Source: Lachnospiraceae bacterium Phil5 (lineage in GTDB: Bacteria > Bacillota > Clostridia > TANB77 > CAG-508). From it: a stretch of 64,000 bases of DNA. The notes under the pieces were generated by a model. It was not told the DNA's origin and did not search any database. It saw only the letters and a program-made list of their open reading frames with translations. Position 1 is the first letter of the stretch; the number at the start of each line of letters is the position of its first letter. Positions 10,005-20,287 of this stretch are shown here, one piece after another. The stretch covers positions 145,640-209,639 of the forward strand of contig NWBM01000002.1 in assembly GCA_002633185.1 (NCBI GenBank), given 5' to 3'. The translations under genes and the position numbers were made by a program.

Positions 10005-10427
10005 ATGAAGAAAACAAATAAAATTTTATTATTAGTATTAATTTTGGTAGTAACACTATCATTTGGAGTTATGCATAATTCTTATGCTGATCAAGTTGAT
10101 GATGAAGGATATGTAGATTTAAATGCTGCTGATACAGATGATGAAACAACAAATACAACAAACAAAACTGAAAACACAACAAATACAACAAATACAACTA
10201 ACACAACTAACACAACTGAAAATGCAACCAATACAGCAAATAAAACAAACACTACAAATACTTCAAATACTGCAAAAGCTAATAACACAACAAACGCTAC
10301 AAATGCAGCAGAAAAACCAATTTCTCAAGCAGGAGATTTCCTAGATGCAAAAATAATTGGAGCAGCATTAATAGCAGTTTCAGCTGTTGTAATTGCATTT
10401 GCTAAACTAAAAAAATATAGTTATTAA
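10005..10427 (+). CDS. Small secreted, membrane-anchored Thr/Asn-rich repeat protein
   Basis: It has a signal peptide (MKKTNKILLLVLILVVTLSFG), a (T/N)-rich low-complexity core, and a C-terminal TM segment with a KLKKYSY tail. AGGAG is the SD. Confidence 0.55.
   Translation: MKKTNKILLLVLILVVTLSFGVMHNSYADQVDDEGYVDLNAADTDDETTNTTNKTENTTNTTNTTNTTNTTENATNTANKTNTTNTSNTAKANNTTNATNAAEKPISQAGDFLDAKIIGAALIAVSAVVIAFAKLKKYSY
10143..10308 (+). repeat. Degenerate ACA/AAT (Thr/Asn) coding microrepeat
   Basis: Repeated acaacaaatacaaca / actaacacaact units encode TNTTN. Confidence 0.7.
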
Positions 10428-10492
10428 TTAGAAATTTAAAGTTTTAAAATTTAAAAACAGCTTAAAAATATAGAATATGTAAGGTTTTAATA

Positions 10493-10541
10493 AAAAAAGC
10501 ACCAATTTTTTGAAAAATATTTCAAAAATAGGTGCTTTTTA
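10493..10541 (+). terminator. Rho-independent terminator
   Basis: aaaaagcaccaattttttgaaa / tttcaaaaataggtgcttttt. Confidence 0.7.
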
Positions 10542-10594
10542 AATTCTTTTATGATAGAATAGCAACTGGAAATAAAATAAAGGAGTGTGTAAAT

Positions 10595-11302
10595 ATGTCA
10601 CAAACAAAGTATAAAAGAGTACTACTTAAATTAAGTGGAGAAGCATTAGCAGGGGAAAACAAAACAGGACTTTCAGTAGATGTATTAGAAGACATTACAA
10701 ATCAAGTAAAAGAAATTAGAGATTTAGGAGTAGAAGTTGCAATAGTAGTTGGTGGTGGAAACTTTTGGAGAGGAATTTATGGTCAAAAAATGGAGAGAAC
10801 AACATCAGACTATATGGGAATGCTTGCTACAACTATAAATGCATTAGCGTTGCAAGATGCACTAGAAGCTAAAGGAATGTTTACAAGAGTTCAAACAGCT
10901 ATAGAAATGCGCGAAATTGCAGAACCATTCATAAAAAGAAAAGCAACAAAACATTTAGAAAAAGGAAGAATAGTTATATTTGCATGTGGAACAGGAAATC
11001 CATTCTTTACAACAGATACATGTGCAGCATTAAGAGCAGCTGAAATAGATGCAGAAGTTATATTAGTTGCAAAAACAATAGACGGAGTATATTCTGCAGA
11101 TCCAAAAGTTGATCCAAATGCTGTAAAATATGACGAAATTTCATATGCTGACATATTAGCAAAAGATTTAAGAGTTATGGATTTAACAGCTACAACATTA
11201 TGCAAAGACAATGGAATTCCATTAATAGTATTTGCAATGAATGAAAAAGGAAATATGCTAAAAGCTGTTAAAGGTGAAAAAGTAGGAACATTAGTAAAAT
11301 AA
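10595..11302 (+). CDS. pyrH: UMP kinase
   Basis: [13 protein letters not shown]...[10 protein letters not shown]...MDLTA. AAGGAG precedes ATG 10595. The ORF-track start at 10532 lies inside the terminator. Confidence 0.95.
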   Translation: MSQTKYKRVLLKLSGEALAGENKTGLSVDVLEDITNQVKEIRDLGVEVAIVVGGGNFWRGIYGQKMERTTSDYMGMLATTINALALQDALEAKGMFTRVQTAIEMREIAEPFIKRKATKHLEKGRIVIFACGTGNPFFTTDTCAALRAAEIDAEVILVAKTIDGVYSADPKVDPNAVKYDEISYADILAKDLRVMDLTATTLCKDNGIPLIVFAMNEKGNMLKAVKGEKVGTLVK

Positions 11303-11319
11303 GAAAGGATGATTAATTT

Positions 11320-11868
11320 ATGGATTATACAGAAGTCAAAGAAAAAATGAATAAAACAATAAGTGTTTTTGCAGAAAATCTTGCAGAAATAAGAGCTGGA
11401 AGAGCTAACCCAGCAATATTAAACAAAATAATGGTTGACTACTATGGAGTACCTACTCCAATAAGCCAAGTAGCTGGAATATCAGTCCCAGAAGCTAGAT
11501 TAATTGTTATTCAACCATGGGACGCCAATATTTTAAAAGAAATTGAAAAAGAAATTTTAAAATCAGATATTGGAATAAATCCAAATAATGATGGAAAAGT
11601 AATTAGACTTGCTTTTCCTGAATTAAATGAAGAAAGAAGAAAAGAAATAGTAAAAGATATTAGAAAAATGGCTGAAGATGCAAAAGTTGGAATTAGAAAT
11701 ATAAGAAGAGATGCAATTGAATCTGCTAGAAGACAACAAAAAGACTCTGAAATAACAGAGGATGAATTAAAAGTTGCAGAAGATGAAATTCAAAAAATTA
11801 CAGACAAGAGTGTTGAAGAAATTGATGGAATCTTAGCAAATAAAGAAAAAGAAGTTACTAGCATATAA
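11320..11868 (+). CDS. frr: Ribosome recycling factor
   Basis: LAEIRAGRANPAILNKIMVDYYGVPTPISQVA...IRNIRRDA. It follows pyrH in the conserved order. Confidence 0.95.
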   Translation: MDYTEVKEKMNKTISVFAENLAEIRAGRANPAILNKIMVDYYGVPTPISQVAGISVPEARLIVIQPWDANILKEIEKEILKSDIGINPNNDGKVIRLAFPELNEERRKEIVKDIRKMAEDAKVGIRNIRRDAIESARRQQKDSEITEDELKVAEDEIQKITDKSVEEIDGILANKEKEVTSI

Positions 11869-11937
11869 TTTTGCGTATAATTAAACTGTAATAAAACAAA
11901 AAGAACTAGCGTAATGTAATAATATAGGAGGAATTTT

Positions 11938-12648
11938 ATGGAAGAAGAATTAAAAATGCCAGAGCATATAGCAATTATAATGGATGGTAATAGACGTTGG
12001 GCTCGAGCACAAGGAAAACAACCTTCTGAAGGACATAAAGCAGGTGCAGAAACATTAAGACAAATTGCAAAAGATTGCAATAATTTAGGAATAAAATATT
12101 TAACAGTTTATGCTTTCTCAACAGAAAACTGGAAAAGAAGTAAAGAAGAAGTGTCTTATTTAATGTTTTTGTTAAAAAGCTATTTAAAAGATTTTGCAAA
12201 AAAAGCAAATAAAGAGAACATAAAAATTAAAGTATTGGGTAATATAGATATATTAGAAAAAGATTTACAAAAAAGTATATTAAATGCAATTGATGAAACT
12301 AAAAATTGTACAGGATTAACCTTAAACATTGCTTTTAATTATGGTGGAAGAGCAGAAATTGTAAATGCTGCTAAAAAAATAGCTAACAAAATTGAAAACA
12401 ATCAACTTAATATTGAAGATATAGATGAATCTTTATTCGCAGAGAATTTATATACAGAAAATCAACCAGATCCAGATATATTAATTAGACCTGGCGGAGA
12501 ATTAAGAATAAGCAATTATTTACTATGGCAATTGGCATATACAGAATTTTTCTTTGTACAAAAATTTTGGCCAGAATTCACAAAACAAGATTTATTAGAA
12601 ATTATTGAAGAATTCAACAAAAGAAATAGAAAATTTGGAGGAAAATAG
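11938..12648 (+). CDS. uppS: Isoprenyl transferase (undecaprenyl-diphosphate synthase)
   Basis: HIAIIMDGNRRWA...YAFSTENWKR...IRPGGELRISNYLLWQLAYTEF. Confidence 0.95.
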   Translation: MEEELKMPEHIAIIMDGNRRWARAQGKQPSEGHKAGAETLRQIAKDCNNLGIKYLTVYAFSTENWKRSKEEVSYLMFLLKSYLKDFAKKANKENIKIKVLGNIDILEKDLQKSILNAIDETKNCTGLTLNIAFNYGGRAEIVNAAKKIANKIENNQLNIEDIDESLFAENLYTENQPDPDILIRPGGELRISNYLLWQLAYTEFFFVQKFWPEFTKQDLLEIIEEFNKRNRKFGGK

Positions 12649-12649
12649 T

Positions 12650-13456
12650 ATGAAGGCTAAACGATATATAACAGGTTTGGTTGGATTCCCAATTGTTGTG
12701 GTAGTTTTATCATTAAGTAATAAATATGTAATAGATGTTTTATTTGCACTAGTTGCTGCATTTAGTTTATATGAGTATTATCATGCTCTTAAATTACAGG
12801 CAAGACCAGTTCAATGGCTTGGATATGTTGCATGTGCATTAATAGGTTTAATTCATATTTTACCAGTTGAATACTTAATTACTATTATTGGAATTGCAAT
12901 GCCTGTTTCGATTTTAATTTTGTTTTTTCATTGTATTTGTACTAATAACAAAATAAATATAATTGACATTTCTCTAACTCTTTTTGGAATTTGTTATATA
13001 GTATTATTTTTACTATTTATGCCAATTATAATGTCTGGAGAAAATGGTAAATGGCTTGTATGGTATGCTTTCTTTGCTGCTTGGGGGACAGATACATTTG
13101 CATATATAATTGGATCTAAAATTGGAAAACATAAATTTACTGAAATTAGTCCAAAAAAATCAATAGAGGGATGCATCGGAGGAACATTAGGTTCATTAGT
13201 ATTTATTATTCCATATACAGTATATCTAAATGTTGGAAGAGGTATGAATATAAATTATTTCGCAATCATTGGAATTAGTATAGTACTAAGTATATTGGGG
13301 CAAATTGGTGACTTATCAGCATCATCTATAAAAAGATATGTTGGAGTTAAAGATTTTGGAAACTTATTTCCAGGGCATGGTGGTATGTTAGACAGAATAG
13401 ACAGTGTTATATTTATAGCACCATTTGCATATTTCTTATTATTACTTATAAGGTAA
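12650..13456 (+). CDS. cdsA: Phosphatidate cytidylyltransferase
   Basis: GTDTFAYIIGSKIGKHK...SPKKSIEG...GDLSASSIKR...PGHGGMLDRIDS. GGAGG precedes ATG 12650. Confidence 0.9.
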   Translation: MKAKRYITGLVGFPIVVVVLSLSNKYVIDVLFALVAAFSLYEYYHALKLQARPVQWLGYVACALIGLIHILPVEYLITIIGIAMPVSILILFFHCICTNNKINIIDISLTLFGICYIVLFLLFMPIIMSGENGKWLVWYAFFAAWGTDTFAYIIGSKIGKHKFTEISPKKSIEGCIGGTLGSLVFIIPYTVYLNVGRGMNINYFAIIGISIVLSILGQIGDLSASSIKRYVGVKDFGNLFPGHGGMLDRIDSVIFIAPFAYFLLLLIR

Positions 13457-13566
13457 TTTTTAAGCCTAGATGTGGAATGTTTAATCTATGTCTAGGCTTG
13501 ATTTGATAAAGAAGTTTGTTTCATAAAAAGAATTTTTTTAGTAAAAAAATTTGCTTAGCAAAAAGA

Positions 13567-14307
13567 ATGGAGGAATTAATTTTGGGCTTTATTTTAAGTG
13601 CAATAAAAATAATTTTCTTATTAGGATTTCTTGTATTTATTCATGAAAGTGGACATTTTTTTGTTGCAAAATTATGCAAAGTAAAAGTAAACGAATTTGC
13701 AATTGGCTTTGGACCAACAATCTGGAGCAAGCAAGGAAAAGTAACAAAATATGCATTAAGAGCTATTCCACTTGGTGGTTTTGTAAGTATGGAAGGTGAA
13801 GATGAACCATCTGAAAAAGAAGGAGCATTTAACAAAGCGAGTATATGGAAAAGAATACTTATAGTATCTGCAGGAGGACTTGTAAACATCATTTTTGCGT
13901 TAGTAGTATTTTGGTGTTTATCTGCATGTTTTGTTGGACCAAAATACGCATTATATAATGTAGGCTATTATATACAAACAATGTGGCAAGGAATAATTCA
14001 ACTTTTCACCGGTAAATTGGGAATAGATCAAATGGCAGGACCAGTAGGAATTTCAAGTGCTGTAGCACAAACAAACAACATTGCAGACTTTGTTTATGTT
14101 TTGTCCGTAATTTCTCTTTCACTAGGAGTTACAAACCTATTACCATTTCCACCACTTGACGGCGGAAAAATTGTATTATTAATTATAGAAGGAATAAGAA
14201 GAAAACCATTAAATCAAAAATTTGAAGTAGCATTACAATCAATTGGGATGATTCTGCTAATTACACTATCTATTTTTGTGACATATAATGATATACTGAA
14301 ATTGTAG
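13567..14307 (+). CDS. rseP: M50 site-2 protease (RseP family), short form without a PDZ domain
   Basis: HESGHFFVAK (HExxH) and NLLPFPPLDGG (LDG motif). Only about 245 aa. The alternative start TTG 13582 has GGAGG 8 nt upstream. Confidence 0.8.
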   Translation: MEELILGFILSAIKIIFLLGFLVFIHESGHFFVAKLCKVKVNEFAIGFGPTIWSKQGKVTKYALRAIPLGGFVSMEGEDEPSEKEGAFNKASIWKRILIVSAGGLVNIIFALVVFWCLSACFVGPKYALYNVGYYIQTMWQGIIQLFTGKLGIDQMAGPVGISSAVAQTNNIADFVYVLSVISLSLGVTNLLPFPPLDGGKIVLLIIEGIRRKPLNQKFEVALQSIGMILLITLSIFVTYNDILKL

Positions 14308-14314
14308 AATTTTT

Positions 14315-14373
14315 GGGATGTTTTTTGGGATGTTTTTTGGGACACCTCCAAAAAACATCCCAAATTTTTTTTT
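14315..14373 (+). terminator. GGGACAC-family repeat copy acting as the rseP terminator
   Basis: gggatgtttttt occurs twice in tandem. The stem is gggatgttttttgg / ccaaaaaacatccc (14327-14361) with loop gacacct, followed by a T9 run. Confidence 0.75.
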
Positions 14374-14444
14374 CAAAAAACCCTTTAAAAAAAAATAAAA
14401 ATGGTATACAATATTGTAAAATTGTGTATTTAAGGAGAAAAAGG

Positions 14445-16130
14445 ATGAATAAGAAGTGGGAGTATTATGATAAAAATGAAGAAATAATAAAAAAAATTCA
14501 AGAAGACTTTAAAGTAAGCCACTTACTTGCAAACATTATTGCTAATAAAGGACTTAAAACTAAAGAAGAGATAGAAGTGTTTTTAAATCCTACGAGAAAC
14601 GATTTTCATGATCCATATTTAATGCCAGACATGGAAAAAGCTGTAAATCGTATTATAAAGGCAATTGAAAACAAAGAAAAGGTTATCATTTATGGGGATT
14701 ATGATGTTGACGGAATAACAAGTATAACAGTTCTTAAAAAGTTTTTAGCTGATAGAGGCTTACAAGCGGATCAATATATTCCTAATAGATTGGATGAAGG
14801 ATATGGATTAAATAAAGCCGCTATTGAAAAAATTGTTTCAGAAAAATATGATTTAATGATAACAGTTGATTGTGGAATTTCAGGAATTGAAGAAGTTGAA
14901 TATGCCAACAGTCTAGGTTTAGAAACAATAGTTACAGATCATCATGAGCCATCAGACGTATTGCCAAAAGCACTTGCAGTTGTTGATGCTAAAAGAAAAG
15001 ATAATAAATATCCATGTAATCAACTAGCAGGAGTTGGAGTTGTGTTTAAATTAATACAAGCAATAAGTCAAAAATTAAATTTAGATGCGAAAGAGTATTT
15101 AAAATTTTTAGATATTGTATGTGTGGGAACAATATCAGATATAGTTCCATTAGTTGATGAGAACAGAGTTATTGCAAAATTAGGATTAAAACTTGTTGAA
15201 GTAACAAGAAACATAGGATTGAAAACTTTATTAAATCAAATTGGTTATAAAAAAATTGATTCATCTGCAATATCATTTGGAATAGCACCAAGAATAAATG
15301 CTTGTGGAAGAATGGGACATGAAATAGAAGCACTTGATTTATTCTTAACAGAGGATGAGGCAGAGGCTAAAAAAATAGCTCAAAGATTGAACGAATATAA
15401 TAAGCAAAGGCAAGACATTGAAAAAAGAATATATACAGAAGTTTTAGAAATGGCTGAAAAAGGTGAAAAAGAAAAGCCAGCAATTGTATTAGCAGATGAA
15501 AACTGGCATCATGGAGTAATAGGAATTGTAGCTTCAAAAATAACAGATATGTATTATAAGCCAAGTATTCTAATATGCTTTGAAGAAGATATGGGAAAAG
15601 GCTCTGGAAGAAGCGTTCAAGGATTTGACTTATATGATGCGTTATCTAAATGTGATGAACATATAGAAAAATTTGGTGGGCATTCAATGGCAATTGGAAT
15701 AGGTGTAAGCAGAGAAGAATTTCCAAAATTCAAAGAACAATTCCTAAAATATGCCGAAAATGCAGATATAAAAGACCTTGTTCCAATAATAAAAATAGAC
15801 AGTGAAATTACTATAAAAGATATGCAAACAGATATAGTAAAAGAATTGGACAAGCTTGAACCATATGGTGAAGCAAACAAAATGCCTGTATTTATGTATA
15901 GAAACTTAAAAATAGATTCAATAAGAGCTTTATCAGAAGGAAAGCACTTAAAACTAACACTTAAAGACGACAACTTAGTAATAGACGCTATTGGTTTCAA
16001 TATGGGCCACCTAGCAGAAGAATATTTACTAGGCGATAAAATAGATGTAGTAGGAAGCTTAGAAATAAATTCATTCAATAATCGTGAAACAGTACAAATA
16101 AATTTAAAAGACATAAGAAAATCTTATTAG
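14445..16130 (+). CDS. recJ: Single-stranded-DNA-specific exonuclease RecJ
   Basis: DHH motifs (IIYGDYDVDGITS, TVDCG, VTDHH) and DHHA1 (GGHSMAIG). AAGGAG precedes ATG 14445. Confidence 0.9.
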   Translation: MNKKWEYYDKNEEIIKKIQEDFKVSHLLANIIANKGLKTKEEIEVFLNPTRNDFHDPYLMPDMEKAVNRIIKAIENKEKVIIYGDYDVDGITSITVLKKFLADRGLQADQYIPNRLDEGYGLNKAAIEKIVSEKYDLMITVDCGISGIEEVEYANSLGLETIVTDHHEPSDVLPKALAVVDAKRKDNKYPCNQLAGVGVVFKLIQAISQKLNLDAKEYLKFLDIVCVGTISDIVPLVDENRVIAKLGLKLVEVTRNIGLKTLLNQIGYKKIDSSAISFGIAPRINACGRMGHEIEALDLFLTEDEAEAKKIAQRLNEYNKQRQDIEKRIYTEVLEMAEKGEKEKPAIVLADENWHHGVIGIVASKITDMYYKPSILICFEEDMGKGSGRSVQGFDLYDALSKCDEHIEKFGGHSMAIGIGVSREEFPKFKEQFLKYAENADIKDLVPIIKIDSEITIKDMQTDIVKELDKLEPYGEANKMPVFMYRNLKIDSIRALSEGKHLKLTLKDDNLVIDAIGFNMGHLAEEYLLGDKIDVVGSLEINSFNNRETVQINLKDIRKSY

Positions 16131-16160
16131 GACAATTGGGACACGTTCATAATTGTTCCT
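16129..16160 (+). repeat. Intercistronic hairpin carrying a diverged GGGACACGT core
   Basis: aggacaatt-gggacacgttcat-aattgttcct lies directly after the recJ stop, with no T-run. Confidence 0.45.
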
Positions 16161-16180
16161 TTAAAGGAGAGTGATAAACA

Positions 16181-18373
16181 GTGTCAGAAATAAAAGAAGC
16201 AACAATTGAAGATGTATTAGAAAAAATGAAAAAGAATAATAGAAAAAGTGATTTAAAGCTTATCAGAAGAGCGTATGAATTTGCAAAAGCTCAGCATGGA
16301 GATCAACTTAGAAAATCTGGTGAGCCTTATATAATTCACCCAGTGCAAGTAGCATATATTCTAGCTAATTTAGAGCTTGATGATGCTACTATTTGTGCTG
16401 CTCTTTTGCATGATGTTGCTGAGGATACAGATATTACAGTTGAAGATATTGCAAGAGAGTTCTCAGAAGAAATTGCTGAAATGGTTGATGGTGTTACTAA
16501 ACTTGGTAACCTTCAATATACAAGCAAAGAAGAGCAACAGGTTGAAAACTACAGAAAAATGTTCTTGGCTATGGGGAAAGATATAAGAGTAATTCTAATA
16601 AAACTAGCAGATAGGCTTCACAACATGAGAACTCTAAAATATCTTAAAAGAGATAGACAGCTTGCTATATCAAAGGAAACTGCAGATTTATATGCACCAT
16701 TAGCAAATAGATTAGGTATGTATTCTTTAAAATGGGAATTAGAAGATTTATCTTTCAAATATTTAAATCCTGATGAATACAGAGAAATTGTAGAAGGGAT
16801 AGATAAAAAACGTGAAGAAAGATTACAATTTATAAAACAAATTGTAGAGCAAATAAATGATGAATTAAAACGCCAAAAAATCAAGGCTGAAATTACAGGA
16901 AGAGCAAAGCATTTATATAGTATCTACAGAAAAATGAAAAGAGATAATAAATCATTAGACCAAATCTATGATTTATTTGCTTTACGTATTTTAGTTGATA
17001 ATGTTAAAGATTGTTATGCTGCACTTGGAGTTGTACATGAACTATACAATCCAATGCCGGGAAGATTTAAAGACTATATTTCAGTTCCAAAGCCAAATAT
17101 GTATCAATCACTACACACAACACTAATTGGACCAAAAGGAACTCCATTTGAAGTTCAAATTCGTACATGGGAAATGCATAGAATAGCAGAATTTGGTATC
17201 GCTGCACATTGGGCATATAAAGAAGCGAATAAAGACAAAAAGTCAAATGTAGTTGTTCAAGATGATAAATTAGCATGGTTACGTGAAACACTTGAATGGC
17301 AAAAAGACATGCAAGATCCACAAGAATTCTTAAATACATTGAAAACTGAATTATTTGTAGACGAAGTATATGTTTTCACACCAAAAGGACAAATTAAAGT
17401 GCTTCCAAGAGGAGCAACACCAATAGATTTTGCGTATTCGATACATGCTGAAATAGGACATAGAATGACAGGATGTAAAATAAACAGCAAAATGATGCCA
17501 ATTATAACAACATTAAAAAATGGAGATATAGTTGAAATAATTACATCAGACCAAGCAAAAGGGCCAAGCCGTGATTGGTTAAAATTTGTAAAAAGCACAT
17601 CAGCTAAAAACAAAATTTTAGGATGGTTTAAGAAAACTCAAAGAGCAGAGAACATTGAAAAAGGTAAAACTTTAATAGAAAAAGAAATAAAGAGGATAGG
17701 AATTTCACACACAAAGCTATTCAAACAAGAATATGTTCAATCTGCATTAGATAGATACAAGTATAATACTGTTGAAGATATGTACTCAGCAGTTGGATTT
17801 GGCGCAATTTCAGCAACAAAAATAATTGCAAAAATATTAGAAACATATAAGAAAGACAACCAAGATGAATTTTTAGAAAAAACATTAGAAGAACTATCAC
17901 AAGAAAGAGGCAGAAGAACTAAGCCTTCAACAGTAGGTGTGGTTGTTAAAGGAATAGATAATTGTTTAGTAAAATTATCAAAATGCTGTAATCCCGTTCC
18001 TGGAGACGAAATAATAGGATTTATTACAAGAGGAAGAGGGGTTTCAGTTCATAGAAAAGACTGTGTAAATGTAAATGATTTAATAACTCAAGAAGATAGA
18101 ATGATAGATGTATATTGGTATGATCAAGGAAATAGTTCATACAATGTAGAAATAGAAATTCAAGCAAATGAAAGAAATAACTTATTAGCTGATGTAATTA
18201 AACAAATATCTGCTAATAAAATTACAATTGGAGCATTTAATTATAAAGTTAACAAAGATAAAATTGTTACAATTGATGTTACAGTTTCAATTGAAAACTT
18301 AGAAGGATTAAATGAATTGTTAAAATCAATTAGAAAAGTTGAAAGCGTATTTGAAGTTAATAGAAGAAAATAG
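16181..18373 (+). CDS. relA: Bifunctional (p)ppGpp synthetase/hydrolase (RelA/SpoT homologue)
   Basis: HD domain (HPVQVA...LLHDVAEDT), synthetase domain (RAKHLYSIYRKM...DLFALRI), and TGS and ACT C-terminal regions. GTG start with GGAGAG SD. Confidence 0.95.
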   Translation: MSEIKEATIEDVLEKMKKNNRKSDLKLIRRAYEFAKAQHGDQLRKSGEPYIIHPVQVAYILANLELDDATICAALLHDVAEDTDITVEDIAREFSEEIAEMVDGVTKLGNLQYTSKEEQQVENYRKMFLAMGKDIRVILIKLADRLHNMRTLKYLKRDRQLAISKETADLYAPLANRLGMYSLKWELEDLSFKYLNPDEYREIVEGIDKKREERLQFIKQIVEQINDELKRQKIKAEITGRAKHLYSIYRKMKRDNKSLDQIYDLFALRILVDNVKDCYAALGVVHELYNPMPGRFKDYISVPKPNMYQSLHTTLIGPKGTPFEVQIRTWEMHRIAEFGIAAHWAYKEANKDKKSNVVVQDDKLAWLRETLEWQKDMQDPQEFLNTLKTELFVDEVYVFTPKGQIKVLPRGATPIDFAYSIHAEIGHRMTGCKINSKMMPIITTLKNGDIVEIITSDQAKGPSRDWLKFVKSTSAKNKILGWFKKTQRAENIEKGKTLIEKEIKRIGISHTKLFKQEYVQSALDRYKYNTVEDMYSAVGFGAISATKIIAKILETYKKDNQDEFLEKTLEELSQERGRRTKPSTVGVVVKGIDNCLVKLSKCCNPVPGDEIIGFITRGRGVSVHRKDCVNVNDLITQEDRMIDVYWYDQGNSSYNVEIEIQANERNNLLADVIKQISANKITIGAFNYKVNKDKIVTIDVTVSIENLEGLNELLKSIRKVESVFEVNRRK

Positions 18374-18425
18374 AAGAAAAATAGTAGTAAAAAACTAAAA
18401 TAACATAGAAAGAAGATGTTTTTAT

Positions 18426-19070
18426 ATGATACTAAAGAGAATAAAAGTATTAACAAAATTAGAGGCATATACAAATTGCTATGTAATACAAGATGAAATA
18501 ACAAAAGAAACTATGGTTGTAGACCCAGGTGGAGAAGTAGATAAAATTGTTGAAATGCTTGATATATTAGAGGCTAAGTTAAAATACATATATTTAACAC
18601 ATTGCCACGGAGATCACATAGGAGGAGTGGTAGAACTTAAAAATAGAAAAGGTGGTAAAATAATAATTCATAGATATGATTCTGAAGGACTTGTAGATGA
18701 TGGAATAAGTTTAACTACTTATCTAGGAATGTATGCAAATTTTGAATCTGATGCACGTTTAAACGATAATGATTTATTACATTTAGGCAACTTAGAATTT
18801 AAAGTAATTCATACACCAGGTCATACACGAGGAGGAAGCTCGCTTTATTGCGAAAAAGAAGGATTTGTTTTAACAGGTGATACATTATTCAGAGGAACCT
18901 GGGGCAGAACAGATTTGCCTACAGGAAGTATAGAGGATATAATGGATTCTATTGTTAACAAATTACTAGTTTTACCAGATGACACTATAGTGTATCCAGG
19001 TCATGGAAAATCAACTAGAATAAAAGAAGAAAAACCTATATATTTAGATTTAAAACCACGACTTGATTAA
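18426..19070 (+). CDS. MBL-fold metallo-hydrolase (glyoxalase II-like)
   Basis: THCHGDHIGG...HTPGHTRGG...GDTLF...PGHG. Confidence 0.8.
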   Translation: MILKRIKVLTKLEAYTNCYVIQDEITKETMVVDPGGEVDKIVEMLDILEAKLKYIYLTHCHGDHIGGVVELKNRKGGKIIIHRYDSEGLVDDGISLTTYLGMYANFESDARLNDNDLLHLGNLEFKVIHTPGHTRGGSSLYCEKEGFVLTGDTLFRGTWGRTDLPTGSIEDIMDSIVNKLLVLPDDTIVYPGHGKSTRIKEEKPIYLDLKPRLD

Positions 19071-19167
19071 TTTCTTTGCTTAGCTACATTAATAAAGTTG
19101 TTCTATTACATTCATGTTTAGCATATATTATTTACAGAATGTTTAATATGCAAAGGAGAAAACATGG

Positions 19168-20287
19168 GTGAAAATAAAGATAATTAATTTAAAAAACTTG
19201 TCAGGATATTTTTCGAAGATACTTATTTTAGTAGTTGTTGTATCAATATTTGGCAAGTTTTTTTATAATACTAGAAATGTAACTTCAAGCTTTAAATTAG
19301 ATTCTGCATCCTTTTTAAAAATAATAAATAGAGAGATTTCATTATTGAACAATAGAAGTGTAAATACAGATAAATCTGCTAATTCTTTATATTCAAAAAA
19401 AATTATAGATGATGAAATTGGAATTGTAAAAATGGCCATGAATCAGAATGAATATGAAATAGATGTAGATTTTGCAAATGAAGTTACAAGTTCAGATGTG
19501 ACTGAGAACACAATTGAAAATATATCTGAACCAGCAGTACGGACCCAATATAGAAGTTTTAGCATCAAATGTACCAGATAGATACTCGTATGACATTATG
19601 GGAGTAAAAGTAAGGAGTGAATGTAGTTATAATCTTCAAAATGAAATAACGGATCTAAATGTTAATTTTAATAAAAATGATATTTTAATTTTTCATACAC
19701 ATACATGTGAAAGCTATACTCCAACAGAACAAAACAATTATCCTGCAACTGGAAATTATAGAACGACAGATTTATCTTATTCAGTGTGCAGAGTAGGGGA
19801 TGAGCTTGAGAAATACTTAAAAAACTATGGATACAATGTAGTTCATGATAAAACTTATCATGACTATCCTTCATATAACGGCTCTTATAATCGTTCATTA
19901 AACACCGTTAAAAATTTATTAAACACATATAGTAACACAGATATTGTTATTGATTTACATAGAGATGCCATTGGTGATAATACTTATGCTCCCACAGTAA
20001 AAATTGGTGATGATTATTGTGCAAGAATTATGTTTGTTATAGGAACAGATGGAGGTGGACTTTGGCATGAAAACTGGAGGGATAATGTAAAAATAGCTTT
20101 GAAGATTCAAAAAAAGGCTGATGAATTATATCCTGGTTTGTTTAAACCTATGATTGTTAGAAATTCAAGGTATAATCATCATTTAGCAAGAGGAGCTTGT
20201 ATTATTGAAGTTGGAGCAACAGGAAATACTTTGGAACAGTGTTTGAATAGTATGAAATATTTAGGAAAGGTTTATAACGAAATTTAA
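19168..20287 (+). CDS. spoIIP: Stage II sporulation protein P, interrupted by a +1 frame change at CGG 19540-19542
   Basis: The N-terminal TM anchor is in frame 1 (19168-19542). The catalytic part (ILIFHTHTCESYTP, IDLHRDA, IIEVG) is in the +1 frame from GGA 19541. The joined length is about 372 aa, which is typical. Confidence 0.75.

Noticed and set aside
10091-10344. Antisense and alternate-frame ORFs within the Thr/Asn repeat. The same applies to 30299-30607(-), 30760-31272(-), 29575-29757(-), 53112-53492(-) and 27143-27373(+).
   Set aside because: They are shadow ORFs created by low-complexity or opposite-strand coding sequence. They have no SD and overlap better-supported genes.
10300-10427. 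A sortase (LPXTG) sorting signal in the Thr/Asn-repeat protein.
   Set aside because: A TM segment and basic tail are present, but no LPXTG, SPXTG or NPQTN-like motif precedes them (the sequence is PISQAGDF).
10532-10594. The ORF-track N-terminal extension of pyrH.
   Set aside because: It starts inside the upstream terminator. The conserved UMP-kinase N-terminus begins at ATG 10595, which has an SD.
14315-14338. The tandem gggatgtttttt units as a possible CRISPR or minisatellite.
   Set aside because: There are only two 12-nt copies, no spacers and no cas genes. They form part of the terminator-repeat stem.
14313-14444. The ORF-track N-terminal extension of recJ (MGCFLGCFLGHLQKTSQ...).
   Set aside because: It is the translation of the tandem repeat and terminator hairpin after rseP. 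The real start is ATG 14445, which has an AAGGAG SD.
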